A DNA stretch of 64,000 nt from positions 69,217 through 133,216 of IMG/VR virus record IMGVR_UViG_3300035696_000012. One strand, 5' to 3'. The stretch comes from a virus. The notes below the pieces were generated by a model. It was given only the letters and a program-made list of their open reading frames with translations. It was not told where the DNA came from and did no database searches. Shown one piece after another: positions 10,701 through 20,811 of the stretch (its first letter is position 1; each line of letters starts with the position of its first letter). A program made the translations under genes and the position numbers.

Positions 10701-13700
10701 CAATGAATAAATGAAGCTCGTCTCTGTTATTTTTTGTGTTTATTGCCCAAGATGCAGCAACATGATGTTGCTGCCCAGCTAACCACGAAGAAATATCAGT
10801 ATCTACTGTGGAGTTTCTACCATCCTTATCAAATACACGAAAATTTAAGTACCCACTCTCGTCTTTATAAATAGAAAATCTATTATGATTTTTATCTTTA
10901 CCAAAATCAAATATATAATGGTGATAGTCAGCTATAAATGTTATACCCTGATGCACATTATTAATATTCGATATAGTATAAGATATACTATTATTAGCAC
11001 TAAATATTCTATCTGATGTTGGTTGAATATATTTTAAAGATTTTACATTATAAAAATTTCCATCTGTTTTAATTGAAACTTGATAGTTTTTTATTCCATA
11101 TCCATCAGCATATCCATCTAAAATATCAACATACCACCTATTTATATTGGTGTATGGATCATTTGCTATATATATAAATATCCCATCTTTACTTTTATTT
11201 GGTATTCCAATTGTGGAACTATTTTTATTTACTGAAAAAGAATATCCATCTAAAAATTCTGGATGATACGCGCTTGGTCCAAGAAAAACATTTTGTGGTA
11301 AAACTGATTGACCATTTTTTATTATTGTAAATGTTAATATAGATTGATTATCAATGCCATTCCAGTTAGGCTTGACCCAACATTCAAAAGAACCTTGTTC
11401 TAATCTAAGATTAGAAACTGTGGGAAATTTAATAATCTGTCCTGGAACATTCATTAGAACACCATTGTCATATCTTGCAGGAACCAATGAAAAAGAACCA
11501 GAAGTTGTAATTGGCTCTGGATTTAATAAATCACTTCCAAGTGACCAATTCTGAAAAGCAGATTCTATTATTTGTGGTGGTGTATGAACAATAGTATTAA
11601 CTATGTTACTCATAGAAGAAATTGTTGGTCCTTGTGGAAATGAACTCATTGCAGCTATGAGAGCATCCCTATACCTTTCTCTTTCAAATGAAACATCTAA
11701 ACTATTTAATATTGGTATATTTATTAGTGTACCAAAATTTTTAAGCAGAGCATCTCTTAATGCTCCAACTTTATAACTAACATAGTATGTATCACCTGGG
11801 CTCAATGCCATAGATTTACTAAAATCTAGCACATTATCACCATATTCATAACTAATAATTATTTCATCCACAAGATATGTATAATCTATATAATATCCAC
11901 CTTTGTCATAATCAACAATAACTCTATACAAATTATTTATTGTATATGAATAAATTAATTGAATGGCATCTCCAAGCTGCGGAGAATTAATGTTTGGTAA
12001 TATTAATTTAAATGGATTCCCTAAAATTATCATTCCAGAATTATCCCATAATTGAGCATTATCTGAAAGTCTAATTATTTGTATATTTAATGTAATATTT
12101 GGTGATAGATATTGTAGGGAATTATTAGCAAATACATAATAATTTGTACCATCGAATTGTATTGAATGGTATTCAGTAAATACCAATGAACCAACGGTTA
12201 TGTTTTTTCCATTAAATGTTGATGACTGTGAAAAATTAATTGGATTAATGTTATTTAATAAATCTTCATATTCATATAACCCTCGTATATAACCTATATA
12301 ATTTGATACCCCAGGAGAAAATATAGTATTTATGAAAGTACCAACTTGATTGTTATATACCTGATATGGATATTGAGTATTTCCATTTAAAAAACCTTCA
12401 TTTGCTACATCAAACGTAGATGGTAATATATTACCATCTGTAAAATTTACATATGAAAATTGTTTTGTTTTTTGTCCAGCAATACTTAATTGATAGTAAA
12501 TATCATCAACTGATATAAGATGAGGATTATTTGGTGTAATATAGCCTCGTTTATATGATATTGATCCAACAGAATATGATTGTGTTGATGATACATAACA
12601 CCATACTACACCATTAACATAATCTATTTCATAATCACCTATATTTTGTAATCTTGAAACATTTTGTGTCTGAGTTGATGAATTATCAAAATATATTTCT
12701 TGAATAAATATATTCATATTAGAAAATGATACACTTGAATTAAATGATGACCCTACCTCATCCTGAGAAGCTGAAATTATATTATTATTGTTTAAATAAA
12801 ACTTAAATATATTACCACCAGTAAGCGTCATTACTGCGCCAACTGAAAGAGTTTCATTCATAATATTTTGAAAAGATGCTCTCTCACTAGTTAAACTAAC
12901 TATATTAGGTGCTTTTACATAATTGAAAAATATTTGATTATTTGTCCATCTTAAAATACTATATACTTCACCAGTAGTTTGATTAAATATTCTAAATACA
13001 TCTGTGACTGGAAAATTTAATGGCTGTATAGTGTTTAAAGCAACAAGTCTATTATCTATGTATTCATTTAAAACTTCAATATGAGATGATGCAACATAAT
13101 CTATCCCTTGTGCTAAAACCTCTTCATAATTAAATATAATATTTGCTGATGAACCAATTAAGCTACCATTAGGCAATGCAACTAGTTCAAAACTATCTGA
13201 ATCATAAACATAATCTATTTCTGACTTAAAAACATATCTATATGTATATGTTGCCAGCGGAGGATACGCGCCCGTACCAGTTTTGTTGTTATCTTGTCCA
13301 TATACATAAACATTTCCAGAACTATAATCAACAGAATATTCACCAATTTGAGACGGTAAATAATCTAATCTAAATGGTAATTCATATAAAAATGCTGGAT
13401 GTGGTATATTTGATCCTGGTGGTTCATTTGGATCAGTAAATATAACACTACCTATACTACCAATAGCATCATTATTAGTTACTATTGGAGCATGCATTAA
13501 TGTGAAAGTATTTTCCAATGGTGGTAAAACTTCACGACCAGATGACAAAATTGTATCTACAATTAATGATGTCGGATCTAAAACTTTTCCAGTATTTTGG
13601 TATTGATATGTTACTTGAACATAAGCAATATTTTCCGTAGAAAAATTAGGATCATTTAATATACCTCTATTTAATATTACTTGATTATTTGCCAATAACT

Positions 13701-14574
13701 CATATGTAAATGAGTTATCAGGATCATATAATGAATTATATATTTGATATCCATATGTAGGAATATCATAATTATATGGAGGTAAAGATGAATCATATAC
13801 AAATAAAACACTATTTAATATAATGACAAAATTTTTGGTAAAATTAATTGTAAATGTATCTTGATTAAAGGTTCCAATTTTATCCACAGTAACAAGCGGT
13901 AAGTTTTCTGAATAACTTGCAGCTTGTAGTGAAACAGGATAGCTTGGAAATGATGGAATCGACGTAATATTTTGAACTGGATCACTAGTTGGGTTCATTC
14001 CAACTCTTAAAATTTCATACGCACTTTCTTCATTTAATCTATCATATGGACCATTGCCTCTGGTTTTAAATTCATCTATTATTGTTGTTGTTAAATAATT
14101 TTCATTTTTTGATTGTCTTATGGCATATAATGATTGTGAAAATACAGATGATAGTCCTTGTATATAACTTGATATAATGGATGGGCTATCTAAATTATAA
14201 ACATTATTTCTAAGAAAATTATTTAAATATATTTGTACTGGATTGCTCGAATCTAATGGGCCCAATATTAACTGACGATTAGTTATACCATCATTTAAAA
14301 TAAACGCATCACCATTTAATGAATTAAATGGCACTTGGTTAGTTGATTGGAAAGTTATAAAATATGCTGCTTGTGGTACTAACGGTTGAGTTGTTATATA
14401 TAATAAATTATCAGATACTGTAACAATCAGCACAGATGGGCTAGAGACTCCGGGTGTTTGAGCACTTATTGTAATATTAGTTGTATTTATATCTTCATTT
14501 AAATTTTCAGAAAACTTAGCAGTAATATTACTGCTATTTACAACTGTTATAGATATAATTCTTAAATTAGCCAC
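7714..14574 (-). CDS. Giant baseplate wedge protein (gpI/gp7-like position) with an N-terminal Ig-like and two LamG/ConA-like domains
   Basis: 2286 aa; GTG start overlaps the end of the J-like gene. RERYRDALIAAMSSFPQGPTISSM resembles tail protein I segments. LamG-type motifs GSFECWVKP/HHVAASW/LHLFIDG and GTIEFWINP/WHRLKATF/IRFFVDG. C-terminal VLEELINTLKPANTQVYINYF is a typical wedge ending. Confidence 0.6.
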   Translation of the reverse strand: MANLRIISITVVNSSNITAKFSENLNEDINTTNITISAQTPGVSSPSVLIVTVSDNLLYITTQPLVPQAAYFITFQSTNQVPFNSLNGDAFILNDGITNRQLILGPLDSSNPVQIYLNNFLRNNVYNLDSPSIISSYIQGLSSVFSQSLYAIRQSKNENYLTTTIIDEFKTRGNGPYDRLNEESAYEILRVGMNPTSDPVQNITSIPSFPSYPVSLQAASYSENLPLVTVDKIGTFNQDTFTINFTKNFVIILNSVLFVYDSSLPPYNYDIPTYGYQIYNSLYDPDNSFTYELLANNQVILNRGILNDPNFSTENIAYVQVTYQYQNTGKVLDPTSLIVDTILSSGREVLPPLENTFTLMHAPIVTNNDAIGSIGSVIFTDPNEPPGSNIPHPAFLYELPFRLDYLPSQIGEYSVDYSSGNVYVYGQDNNKTGTGAYPPLATYTYRYVFKSEIDYVYDSDSFELVALPNGSLIGSSANIIFNYEEVLAQGIDYVASSHIEVLNEYIDNRLVALNTIQPLNFPVTDVFRIFNQTTGEVYSILRWTNNQIFFNYVKAPNIVSLTSERASFQNIMNETLSVGAVMTLTGGNIFKFYLNNNNIISASQDEVGSSFNSSVSFSNMNIFIQEIYFDNSSTQTQNVSRLQNIGDYEIDYVNGVVWCYVSSTQSYSVGSISYKRGYITPNNPHLISVDDIYYQLSIAGQKTKQFSYVNFTDGNILPSTFDVANEGFLNGNTQYPYQVYNNQVGTFINTIFSPGVSNYIGYIRGLYEYEDLLNNINPINFSQSSTFNGKNITVGSLVFTEYHSIQFDGTNYYVFANNSLQYLSPNITLNIQIIRLSDNAQLWDNSGMIILGNPFKLILPNINSPQLGDAIQLIYSYTINNLYRVIVDYDKGGYYIDYTYLVDEIIISYEYGDNVLDFSKSMALSPGDTYYVSYKVGALRDALLKNFGTLINIPILNSLDVSFERERYRDALIAAMSSFPQGPTISSMSNIVNTIVHTPPQIIESAFQNWSLGSDLLNPEPITTSGSFSLVPARYDNGVLMNVPGQIIKFPTVSNLRLEQGSFECWVKPNWNGIDNQSILTFTIIKNGQSVLPQNVFLGPSAYHPEFLDGYSFSVNKNSSTIGIPNKSKDGIFIYIANDPYTNINRWYVDILDGYADGYGIKNYQVSIKTDGNFYNVKSLKYIQPTSDRIFSANNSISYTISNINNVHQGITFIADYHHYIFDFGKDKNHNRFSIYKDESGYLNFRVFDKDGRNSTVDTDISSWLAGQQHHVAASWAINTKNNRDELHLFIDGQEVPNIIKYGSNVETYLHEKFRTVNPEEIVGIITSAIVSSTDLVTTLGLNNVTSSLNFSAYGIVNGGTIYIEEPGFSTSGYLIINVNGNTLTLATPMPLSMTGASFSINKTSFNVLTEIDLYPNVIISLLHSSLNGTDLKIIDGYNIVTSASINFSMKDVVPGYLIRITESGFAENYVILGVNGQNLILNSKMPASYSSASFFIYPNIEQEIPGLRALHPAYSITRNPDDTVTLTIKDKALPNDIVLIRTLGLNHRLINHKYYIWGNTANIIKTRLPSPILLSDVKITHILLDRYNIGPVNSTLIGGVFVSNNIMTDQPSISDNGRTLSVYISGTNIDYSNPVTVSIYGTNNTSSPEILIFTKNDTLSTISQFTNVNYVVVNCNPIDPTQNCVVISILEANPITVAENSTTVPVIRYSYQTVVGNSLIGSGNTVTDSNNFFSSQTIGNYLVITYPPASAGQYQITDVSSDYKSINITPALPSPITSDGVYEVLTVSTYRSGLQNGYFILENLTTPGQPYNLVQGLYQFEYYTYLTIPMNLTNLYSYVGTDFAGHNVFNGIIDELTIISEKLTDVRIGEMVGANQETITKDFNSLKALQPTANTSMLLHFDSFPFTNDSSIYTTASNQFIQSSISVNDNFGKSIVLTNKPMVIDNTGILTSKQEGTIEFWINPIYDTGNDPNYRYYFDASGIVSQQVVSINNATVQVSGRVSQVLNVKLQVGNQNVDYFAGGTIGDDMQTLYLNRALPNQQTPVVVNYIPTGTNGDRISIFKDPSGYVNFSVTASGIVYQIRTPAYWSKGTWHRLKATFKVNSGLGSDEIRFFVDGYERGNVLFGNGLLYGQNQVFGSSFTGQNTMQASIIFKDTINELFIGSDFSGTNGAYALIDNLRISNQSRPLFMPFGESLDVNYSTNTDIVLPVTPDLYTTLLLDFDTLITKNTNFATLKNSTTGLSDFTINIYDSFDILADNAVVKQVLEELINTLKPANTQVYINYF

Positions 14575-17500
14575 TTGTGATACTTTCTTGAACTATCGAA
14601 ATTGTGTTAGCAACAAAATATTGATTCTCTTGAGCGGTTATTGTTAATACTTGACCAGCCGTTCCATCTACGTTAAAATACACAACACGAACACGCTCCA
14701 CACCATCAACAGCCTGTGCTGCTGAAATTAACATTGATGAACTTAATACACCTCCCAGTTGATTTGTATTAATTGTTGACGTGATAGCATTATTAACATT
14801 TTGTATAACTATAGCTGCCGAATTAGTTGAATCAGAGTTAATAACTATATTTAACGTAGCATCTATTAATAATTGTTTGGCTTCTTTAATTAAAACATCT
14901 GCTGTTATAGGTCTAGCCCCTTCAACAGTAAATGTTGTATTTGTTATTAGTGAATTATAGTTATAATTTATTAATATTCTTTCATTTTGTTTTGGAGCTA
15001 AGTAATCATAAAACGCAGTGTATCTTGAACCAGTTGCAGGTTGAGTAAAAAATGAAACAGTAAATCTTGCAGATTGAGATGTATTAAATCCGCTTGATGG
15101 ATACAATCTATTTAAGAAAGCAAACTTTTTATTTGTATATAATGTTCCATTTTTTGTAAAATACACGTTTTCACTATCATTATCAGTTGCATAATAGAAA
15201 GTAATCATTAATGAATCACCAAGATTTGGAGAATTATTTATATTATTAGTTGTTGATGGTAATGTAAATTGGGTATTTTGTAATGAAGGATTGGTTATCA
15301 TTTCATTAGCATATAATATATTATTATTTATTTCTGTTCCAAGTACATCATATGTTGCCAATGTACTAAGTACCTGATTTCCAGTTGTAACGCTGACTTT
15401 TTTAACACTAACTACTCGTGTGATATATGTATTTGATGGAATAGTTGCATTTGTTGTTAAATTAAGAAATGTTACAAATGCTGAAAGAGCATTTTGAGTT
15501 AAACCGCCATTAATAGCTGTAAATACAACGTTAGCAACCTGAGTTACTGTTGTACCAGATGCCGTTATTACACCAGAATTAGATATTTGATCTGTGACTG
15601 TTATCGACAATTTTGTTGGTGATTGATGTAGATTTTTATTACCAAATAATACTACGACCACAGCATCTCCTTGAGACGCTACAGCATTTGCTGGCAGATT
15701 TAAAACATTATTTACAGGATCTATAGTACCAGATGTGGTCCATAAATCAGTATTATTAGCGACTCCAATAACGCTAACCTGTGTGGCTTGTAAATTAGCA
15801 ATGGCTAATTGTATAGTTAATACATTACTTGATGTATTAATAGATGTTATACTATAATAACCTTTATTATTAATATTCACTGTGTTTATTAATTTCAATG
15901 ATTTACCAAGTAAATCATCTACTGAGGAAAAATTAAATGATATACTTGAGAAGGTTGCTACCGAAGAATTAGATGAAACAGATTGTATATAACCATCTGT
16001 ACCTGATGCTATTGACAACCCAGTTGTATTATCAATAACATTGAAAACCATATTATTTTCAACAATAAAATTATGTATTGGCACATAAAAATTATTAGTT
16101 GTAAAATTATATGATAGATTTTGAAAATCTGTTTTTATTATTTGATTTGTAAAAGTAAATGGCTGGAATCTTCTTATATCATCAGCAAAATACATAACTA
16201 AAACATTATCTCCAACTGCTGGAGAATTAAAACCAGAAAATATTAATTGATATTGCGTACCAGTATTAACAACTGTACCTGGAAAATCAATATTCCATAT
16301 TTCTTTATTAGAAACTAAATCTATAACCGATATAATTTGTGATTGTAATAGAGAAAAATCCGATGATGGTATACTTAATGTTATATAATTTTGATTTAAA
16401 TTATTTGATTGAATTGTTTGATTTTCTCTTTTGATGGTGTTTGAGCTTATATTGCTAGTTGACCCAGTATTAGTATTTAGTAAATACCCATTACCAGTTC
16501 TACTAATTGGTAATCCTGTTATTCCAACATTAACTAAATCTGGTAATGCAGCCAGATACGTTACATCTAAATATATAGATTGTGTGGGCGATGATATGTT
16601 AGATGCCGGTATAGTTATTTGATTTGAAGTAAAACTTCCAGTTGAATTAACAACATTAAATGAATCTTGTTGATTATATGTTATTGATAGTAAATCTCCA
16701 ATTACTGCTGATGTATCTGTTGGCAATATTATAGTTGTACTATATTTTAATTGTATTCCGACAACAATGCTATTATTAATAATAATACCATCATTTTGTG
16801 CTGTATTATATATTTCCTGGTTAGAATCGGTTAGTCTGATACTTTCTATAGAATTAATTGGATTATCTATTGGAGACAAAACTACCTGAAGTCTTGTTAA
16901 GAAATTTGCAACTGTTCCGGTAACAGCTATACCACGACTAAAACTAAAATAATTTGCAGATATTACAACTGATACTGGATGTTTTACCGTACCAATAAAA
17001 AGATTATTAGCAGTATTTAATGAAAATAAAACTCTTTCATTTCTAATAGCATTAGAAATACCCCAATCAACGCTATCAGAAATTGGTCTTGGATTATTAT
17101 TTAATAATTTACCATCATAGTCACTATATGGATCGTAACTATCAATCCAAGTATAATCAACCTGAAGTATATCGCTTGATGCTGGCAATGTATTACCGCT
17201 TATTTGTATTTGACCAGTAGTATTTGTACTTCCGGTATTATCTAAATTTTGATTTATTATCGTATAAGTTTCACCAGTATTAACATTAAATACCCTTGTT
17301 ACATTTGTAGCTGGCGTATGTAATAATTGAATAATAGAACTATCACTGCTTGAAACTATACTATTTTCGCTAATTATAGATATACTCTGTTGAACTTTTG
17401 GTATATCAATAACATCTGAATATGTTGTTGCATCTTGACCATTAAATTTTGATTTAACTCTATCTTCTTGAAATAATGATATTTTATTTGATACCCAATG

Positions 17501-18658
17501 AAATTTATCAAAACCCCAAGGACTTCCAGCATATACACCGGTATCCTTTATTAATTCATAATTTCCTGAAACTCTTCCAAGACTATCGGTTGTTTTTGGT
17601 ACAAAATTACCACCACTCAATGAACCAGTAACTTGCAAAATTGCCTCAACTGGTTGTGCGGGTAAAACACCATTTGCAATATCATCTATTCTTTTTTGTG
17701 TAACTGTTTTATTTGCATCAGCAGCAATTTGTCCTAATACAATTATATTTGCAGTATTTGTTGGGTCATTATTATTACTTTGATCTATATAAATATACGT
17801 ATCTGTAAATTGAGTTAATGTGCTTCCAAGAATTAATATATCTACTTTTCCACCAGTACCCTCAGATATTATCGTATAACTTCCATCTGAATTTTCTGTT
17901 ACTTGAGTACCATCTCTTGTCATAAGAGGATTCCCTGGTCCTATAACCACTGCATCAGAAACAGCAGAATTTGACAAAACTAAATTTTTATAACCAAGAG
18001 CTGTACCTATATTTGAACCACTAAATACAGCTAATACTCTATTTCTGAATGTTGAATCATTTTCTTGATCATTACCACCAGTGAATGGAAATGTGTTTGT
18101 AACATTTGAAACTCCTGGAATTGATGTTTGATTTAACGAGTATTGCGATATATTCCCAGCACTTCCAGCAGTTGTAGCCTGCACAGAAACCTCTACTGCA
18201 TATTGATCTGTTATATTTAAAAAACCAAGCGCGCTTTGATATTTTGTTGCGATTGATTTATAAAAATTAGCATTTGCAGGATCTACACTTGTACCATTTA
18301 ATACAACAAAAGTTGATCCACTTGTAGATGTTATTAAAGACCCGGTATTTATAGCAATAATAGCCGGAATTGAATTAAATGTTAAAAGTGCTGTGCCTGA
18401 TGATTTTGTTGCTACTTTTCTGGTAACTCCATAATTTTGTGCAAGCTTGTCTAAATCACTACCAGATACCAACCTCAATGATTGAAGATTCGATATTTTC
18501 CCAATCTCATCATATAGAAGGGCTAGCTGTGAAGCCGGAGCATCAACGATCAAATCTCTTGCAACTGTTCCAGGTTTAAGATCTAAATTTGGTTGAGCAG
18601 TGTTAAAAAAATCAATTAAATTTAATATAATTTCATTAGTACTTCTAATAGTTACCAT
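14567..18658 (-). CDS. Baseplate wedge protein, J/gp47 (T4 gp6-like) family, enlarged by insertions
   Basis: N-terminal DLKPGTVARDL...SGSDLDKLAQNYGVTRK, then GSAGNI...PGVSNVTN...TGGNDQENDSTFRNRVL. C-terminal SSMLISAAQAVDGVERV. Classic baseplate J signatures; follows a gp25-like gene. Confidence 0.85.
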   Translation of the reverse strand: MVTIRSTNEIILNLIDFFNTAQPNLDLKPGTVARDLIVDAPASQLALLYDEIGKISNLQSLRLVSGSDLDKLAQNYGVTRKVATKSSGTALLTFNSIPAIIAINTGSLITSTSGSTFVVLNGTSVDPANANFYKSIATKYQSALGFLNITDQYAVEVSVQATTAGSAGNISQYSLNQTSIPGVSNVTNTFPFTGGNDQENDSTFRNRVLAVFSGSNIGTALGYKNLVLSNSAVSDAVVIGPGNPLMTRDGTQVTENSDGSYTIISEGTGGKVDILILGSTLTQFTDTYIYIDQSNNNDPTNTANIIVLGQIAADANKTVTQKRIDDIANGVLPAQPVEAILQVTGSLSGGNFVPKTTDSLGRVSGNYELIKDTGVYAGSPWGFDKFHWVSNKISLFQEDRVKSKFNGQDATTYSDVIDIPKVQQSISIISENSIVSSSDSSIIQLLHTPATNVTRVFNVNTGETYTIINQNLDNTGSTNTTGQIQISGNTLPASSDILQVDYTWIDSYDPYSDYDGKLLNNNPRPISDSVDWGISNAIRNERVLFSLNTANNLFIGTVKHPVSVVISANYFSFSRGIAVTGTVANFLTRLQVVLSPIDNPINSIESIRLTDSNQEIYNTAQNDGIIINNSIVVGIQLKYSTTIILPTDTSAVIGDLLSITYNQQDSFNVVNSTGSFTSNQITIPASNISSPTQSIYLDVTYLAALPDLVNVGITGLPISRTGNGYLLNTNTGSTSNISSNTIKRENQTIQSNNLNQNYITLSIPSSDFSLLQSQIISVIDLVSNKEIWNIDFPGTVVNTGTQYQLIFSGFNSPAVGDNVLVMYFADDIRRFQPFTFTNQIIKTDFQNLSYNFTTNNFYVPIHNFIVENNMVFNVIDNTTGLSIASGTDGYIQSVSSNSSVATFSSISFNFSSVDDLLGKSLKLINTVNINNKGYYSITSINTSSNVLTIQLAIANLQATQVSVIGVANNTDLWTTSGTIDPVNNVLNLPANAVASQGDAVVVVLFGNKNLHQSPTKLSITVTDQISNSGVITASGTTVTQVANVVFTAINGGLTQNALSAFVTFLNLTTNATIPSNTYITRVVSVKKVSVTTGNQVLSTLATYDVLGTEINNNILYANEMITNPSLQNTQFTLPSTTNNINNSPNLGDSLMITFYYATDNDSENVYFTKNGTLYTNKKFAFLNRLYPSSGFNTSQSARFTVSFFTQPATGSRYTAFYDYLAPKQNERILINYNYNSLITNTTFTVEGARPITADVLIKEAKQLLIDATLNIVINSDSTNSAAIVIQNVNNAITSTINTNQLGGVLSSSMLISAAQAVDGVERVRVVYFNVDGTAGQVLTITAQENQYFVANTISIVQESITSG

Positions 18659-18667
18659 AATCTGCCC

Positions 18668-19099
18668 TTAAGAATTACCTACTGTAAAAACTGCACTAAC
18701 TTTTCCGAATGCTCTACTCAAAACATTTATAGTTGTTTGATATTGTCTTGGATCATATGGACTTTGAGTTATTGATATATTTTGTATAAATGCTATTTGT
18801 TCATCTGGAGAAACTGATTGACCTGATTGTACTTGCAGATTTTGTAATTTTTTTAAATTTTCTATAGCATTTTGCAACTGTGTTTGAGCAACTGATAGTA
18901 ATATATCGTTTTGTAAAACGGATCCTATTAAAGATTTATTAATTAAAGTTCCATACCAAGGATTTAATACATTTCCGCCAGCAGGAGTCAGTGCTATTTT
19001 AAGCAAATCTTGTACCAATTTATCATTGCCCTGAATAGTGGCAAAATCAGAATTAGTTATAACCAAATCACCATTATATACCTGTAAATCAAATGACAT
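18668..19099 (-). CDS. Baseplate wedge/sheath initiator, gp25/gpW-like
   Basis: MSFDLQVYNGDLVI...QGNDKLVQDLLKIALTPAGGNVLNPWYGT; typical size and position before J. Start moved to ATG 19099, behind AGGTGA. Confidence 0.8.
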   Translation of the reverse strand: MSFDLQVYNGDLVITNSDFATIQGNDKLVQDLLKIALTPAGGNVLNPWYGTLINKSLIGSVLQNDILLSVAQTQLQNAIENLKKLQNLQVQSGQSVSPDEQIAFIQNISITQSPYDPRQYQTTINVLSRAFGKVSAVFTVGNS

Positions 19100-19149
19100 A
19101 ACTTCACCTATCAATATGCTGAATTATTATTATTTGGCTAAAATATAGA

Positions 19150-20811
19150 TTATTGTGCAATAAGAACTGTTCCGTTATTTACATTATCGTAATATTTTTG
19201 TATAAATTGGTAAATATTTAATAATGTACTTTCAAATGATGCCAATGATGTAACAACATCGGGTATATCAGAGTCTTCTACACCATTTATATTTATATCT
19301 GGTCTATAATCCGCAATTCTTTGAATGGCACGAGTATCAATTAATCCGAGCAATGCTAACGGATCCATAATCCACAATGCCGCCTGCATTGCTATCATAT
19401 CTATCAACCCAAAACCACTGAATTCTCCCATTATTATTTCTATATTTCTTAAATAATCAATACCATAATTACCTAATGTATTGCGATTATTATTAAGAGA
19501 ATCAAGATTAGATTGATATGATTTATCAACATTTTTATTTATAGAAAAAACTGAATCATCAAGATTTGAAAACACAAAATCTCCGAGATCTGGTGCTCCA
19601 TTTAATCCGGTATCAAATTGGATATCATTAAGTATTTGTTTTTGAGTTAATTGAATTATTTGAGTTTCAATTGCTCGATTATTTATATCATTTGCAATAG
19701 GAGTATTTAATTTTCCACCATTAGTACCATCCTCTACCCCTCCTGTTGGACTTGGTATTGGTTCAAAATTAATTTTCAATCTAAGTTTTTGTATATTATT
19801 TATTGATTCTATCAATTTATCTACAACAATTTGTATTATTTTAATATAATCGCTAAAAATTTTTACTTCTGAGCTATACAGTTGACCTAACGGATCAGCA
19901 ACTGCCGCAACAAGATCTTGATCTGTTTGTGATGGGTCAGCAGTTATTGCGTTAAATATTCCTGTTATTACATCATTTCCTTGATTAAGTGTAAGGTTAT
20001 TATTATTATATCTGGTTGTTATTACTTTTTCAATATATGGTCTTTTTAGATTATCAGTGGAGCCTGTCGTAGAACCAAATATTTTGGTTTGTGATTTATC
20101 TTTTAAAAATGGAGCACATATTCTATTTACTATGGGTCTAACTGATGAATCTATTCTCGGATCAACTATAAATGGTTTAATTGGGTGTTTTGTAGTTAAA
20201 ATACTTGTATCTATAGTATTATTTAATCCAAAAATCCTATTAACTTCTATTGACCTCTCATGCACGAATTGGAATTTATTAGGATCATCAACTAATGGAG
20301 CGGTACTGCCTAATTGTTGAGAAAATGACCGTATAAATAATGAACCAAGCATAATTTCTTGTGCTTGAACACCACTATTAGCAAAAATTTTGTTAAAATA
20401 TATTTGCACTTGCTGTTCACGAAATGCAAATTGTGATGTTAAACTCAAATTATTTATTACAGCATTTGCTATTTTTTGATATGCTGCCGTTGAAGTTTTA
20501 TCTAAATTTAAATTAGGATCATACCCTGGGCTATAAAAATTACCAGCATCAGCAACCACAGGAAATCCTATCATTCTATAAAATGCATGACACCTTGATT
20601 CTTGATATTGTGGAGTATTCAGCTCTTGTGAATTTGGCACTAATGCATTGAAATGACTTCTGATTGCATCGACTGGAACAATAAAATTATTATATAATGA
20701 ATCAAAATCAATATTTAATATATCTTGATTATTTTTATATTTTGATTGCGTGTTATCTTGCGACGAATCATTATTATAAAAATTATTATTTGAACTATTA
20801 GTATTTGCCAT
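19150..20811 (-). CDS. Hypothetical baseplate-region protein, largely helical, 553 aa
   Basis: Long ORF coupled to the upstream gene by a TAATG overlap at 20811; no recognised family motif. Confidence 0.5.
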   Translation of the reverse strand: MANTNSSNNNFYNNDSSQDNTQSKYKNNQDILNIDFDSLYNNFIVPVDAIRSHFNALVPNSQELNTPQYQESRCHAFYRMIGFPVVADAGNFYSPGYDPNLNLDKTSTAAYQKIANAVINNLSLTSQFAFREQQVQIYFNKIFANSGVQAQEIMLGSLFIRSFSQQLGSTAPLVDDPNKFQFVHERSIEVNRIFGLNNTIDTSILTTKHPIKPFIVDPRIDSSVRPIVNRICAPFLKDKSQTKIFGSTTGSTDNLKRPYIEKVITTRYNNNNLTLNQGNDVITGIFNAITADPSQTDQDLVAAVADPLGQLYSSEVKIFSDYIKIIQIVVDKLIESINNIQKLRLKINFEPIPSPTGGVEDGTNGGKLNTPIANDINNRAIETQIIQLTQKQILNDIQFDTGLNGAPDLGDFVFSNLDDSVFSINKNVDKSYQSNLDSLNNNRNTLGNYGIDYLRNIEIIMGEFSGFGLIDMIAMQAALWIMDPLALLGLIDTRAIQRIADYRPDININGVEDSDIPDVVTSLASFESTLLNIYQFIQKYYDNVNNGTVLIAQ

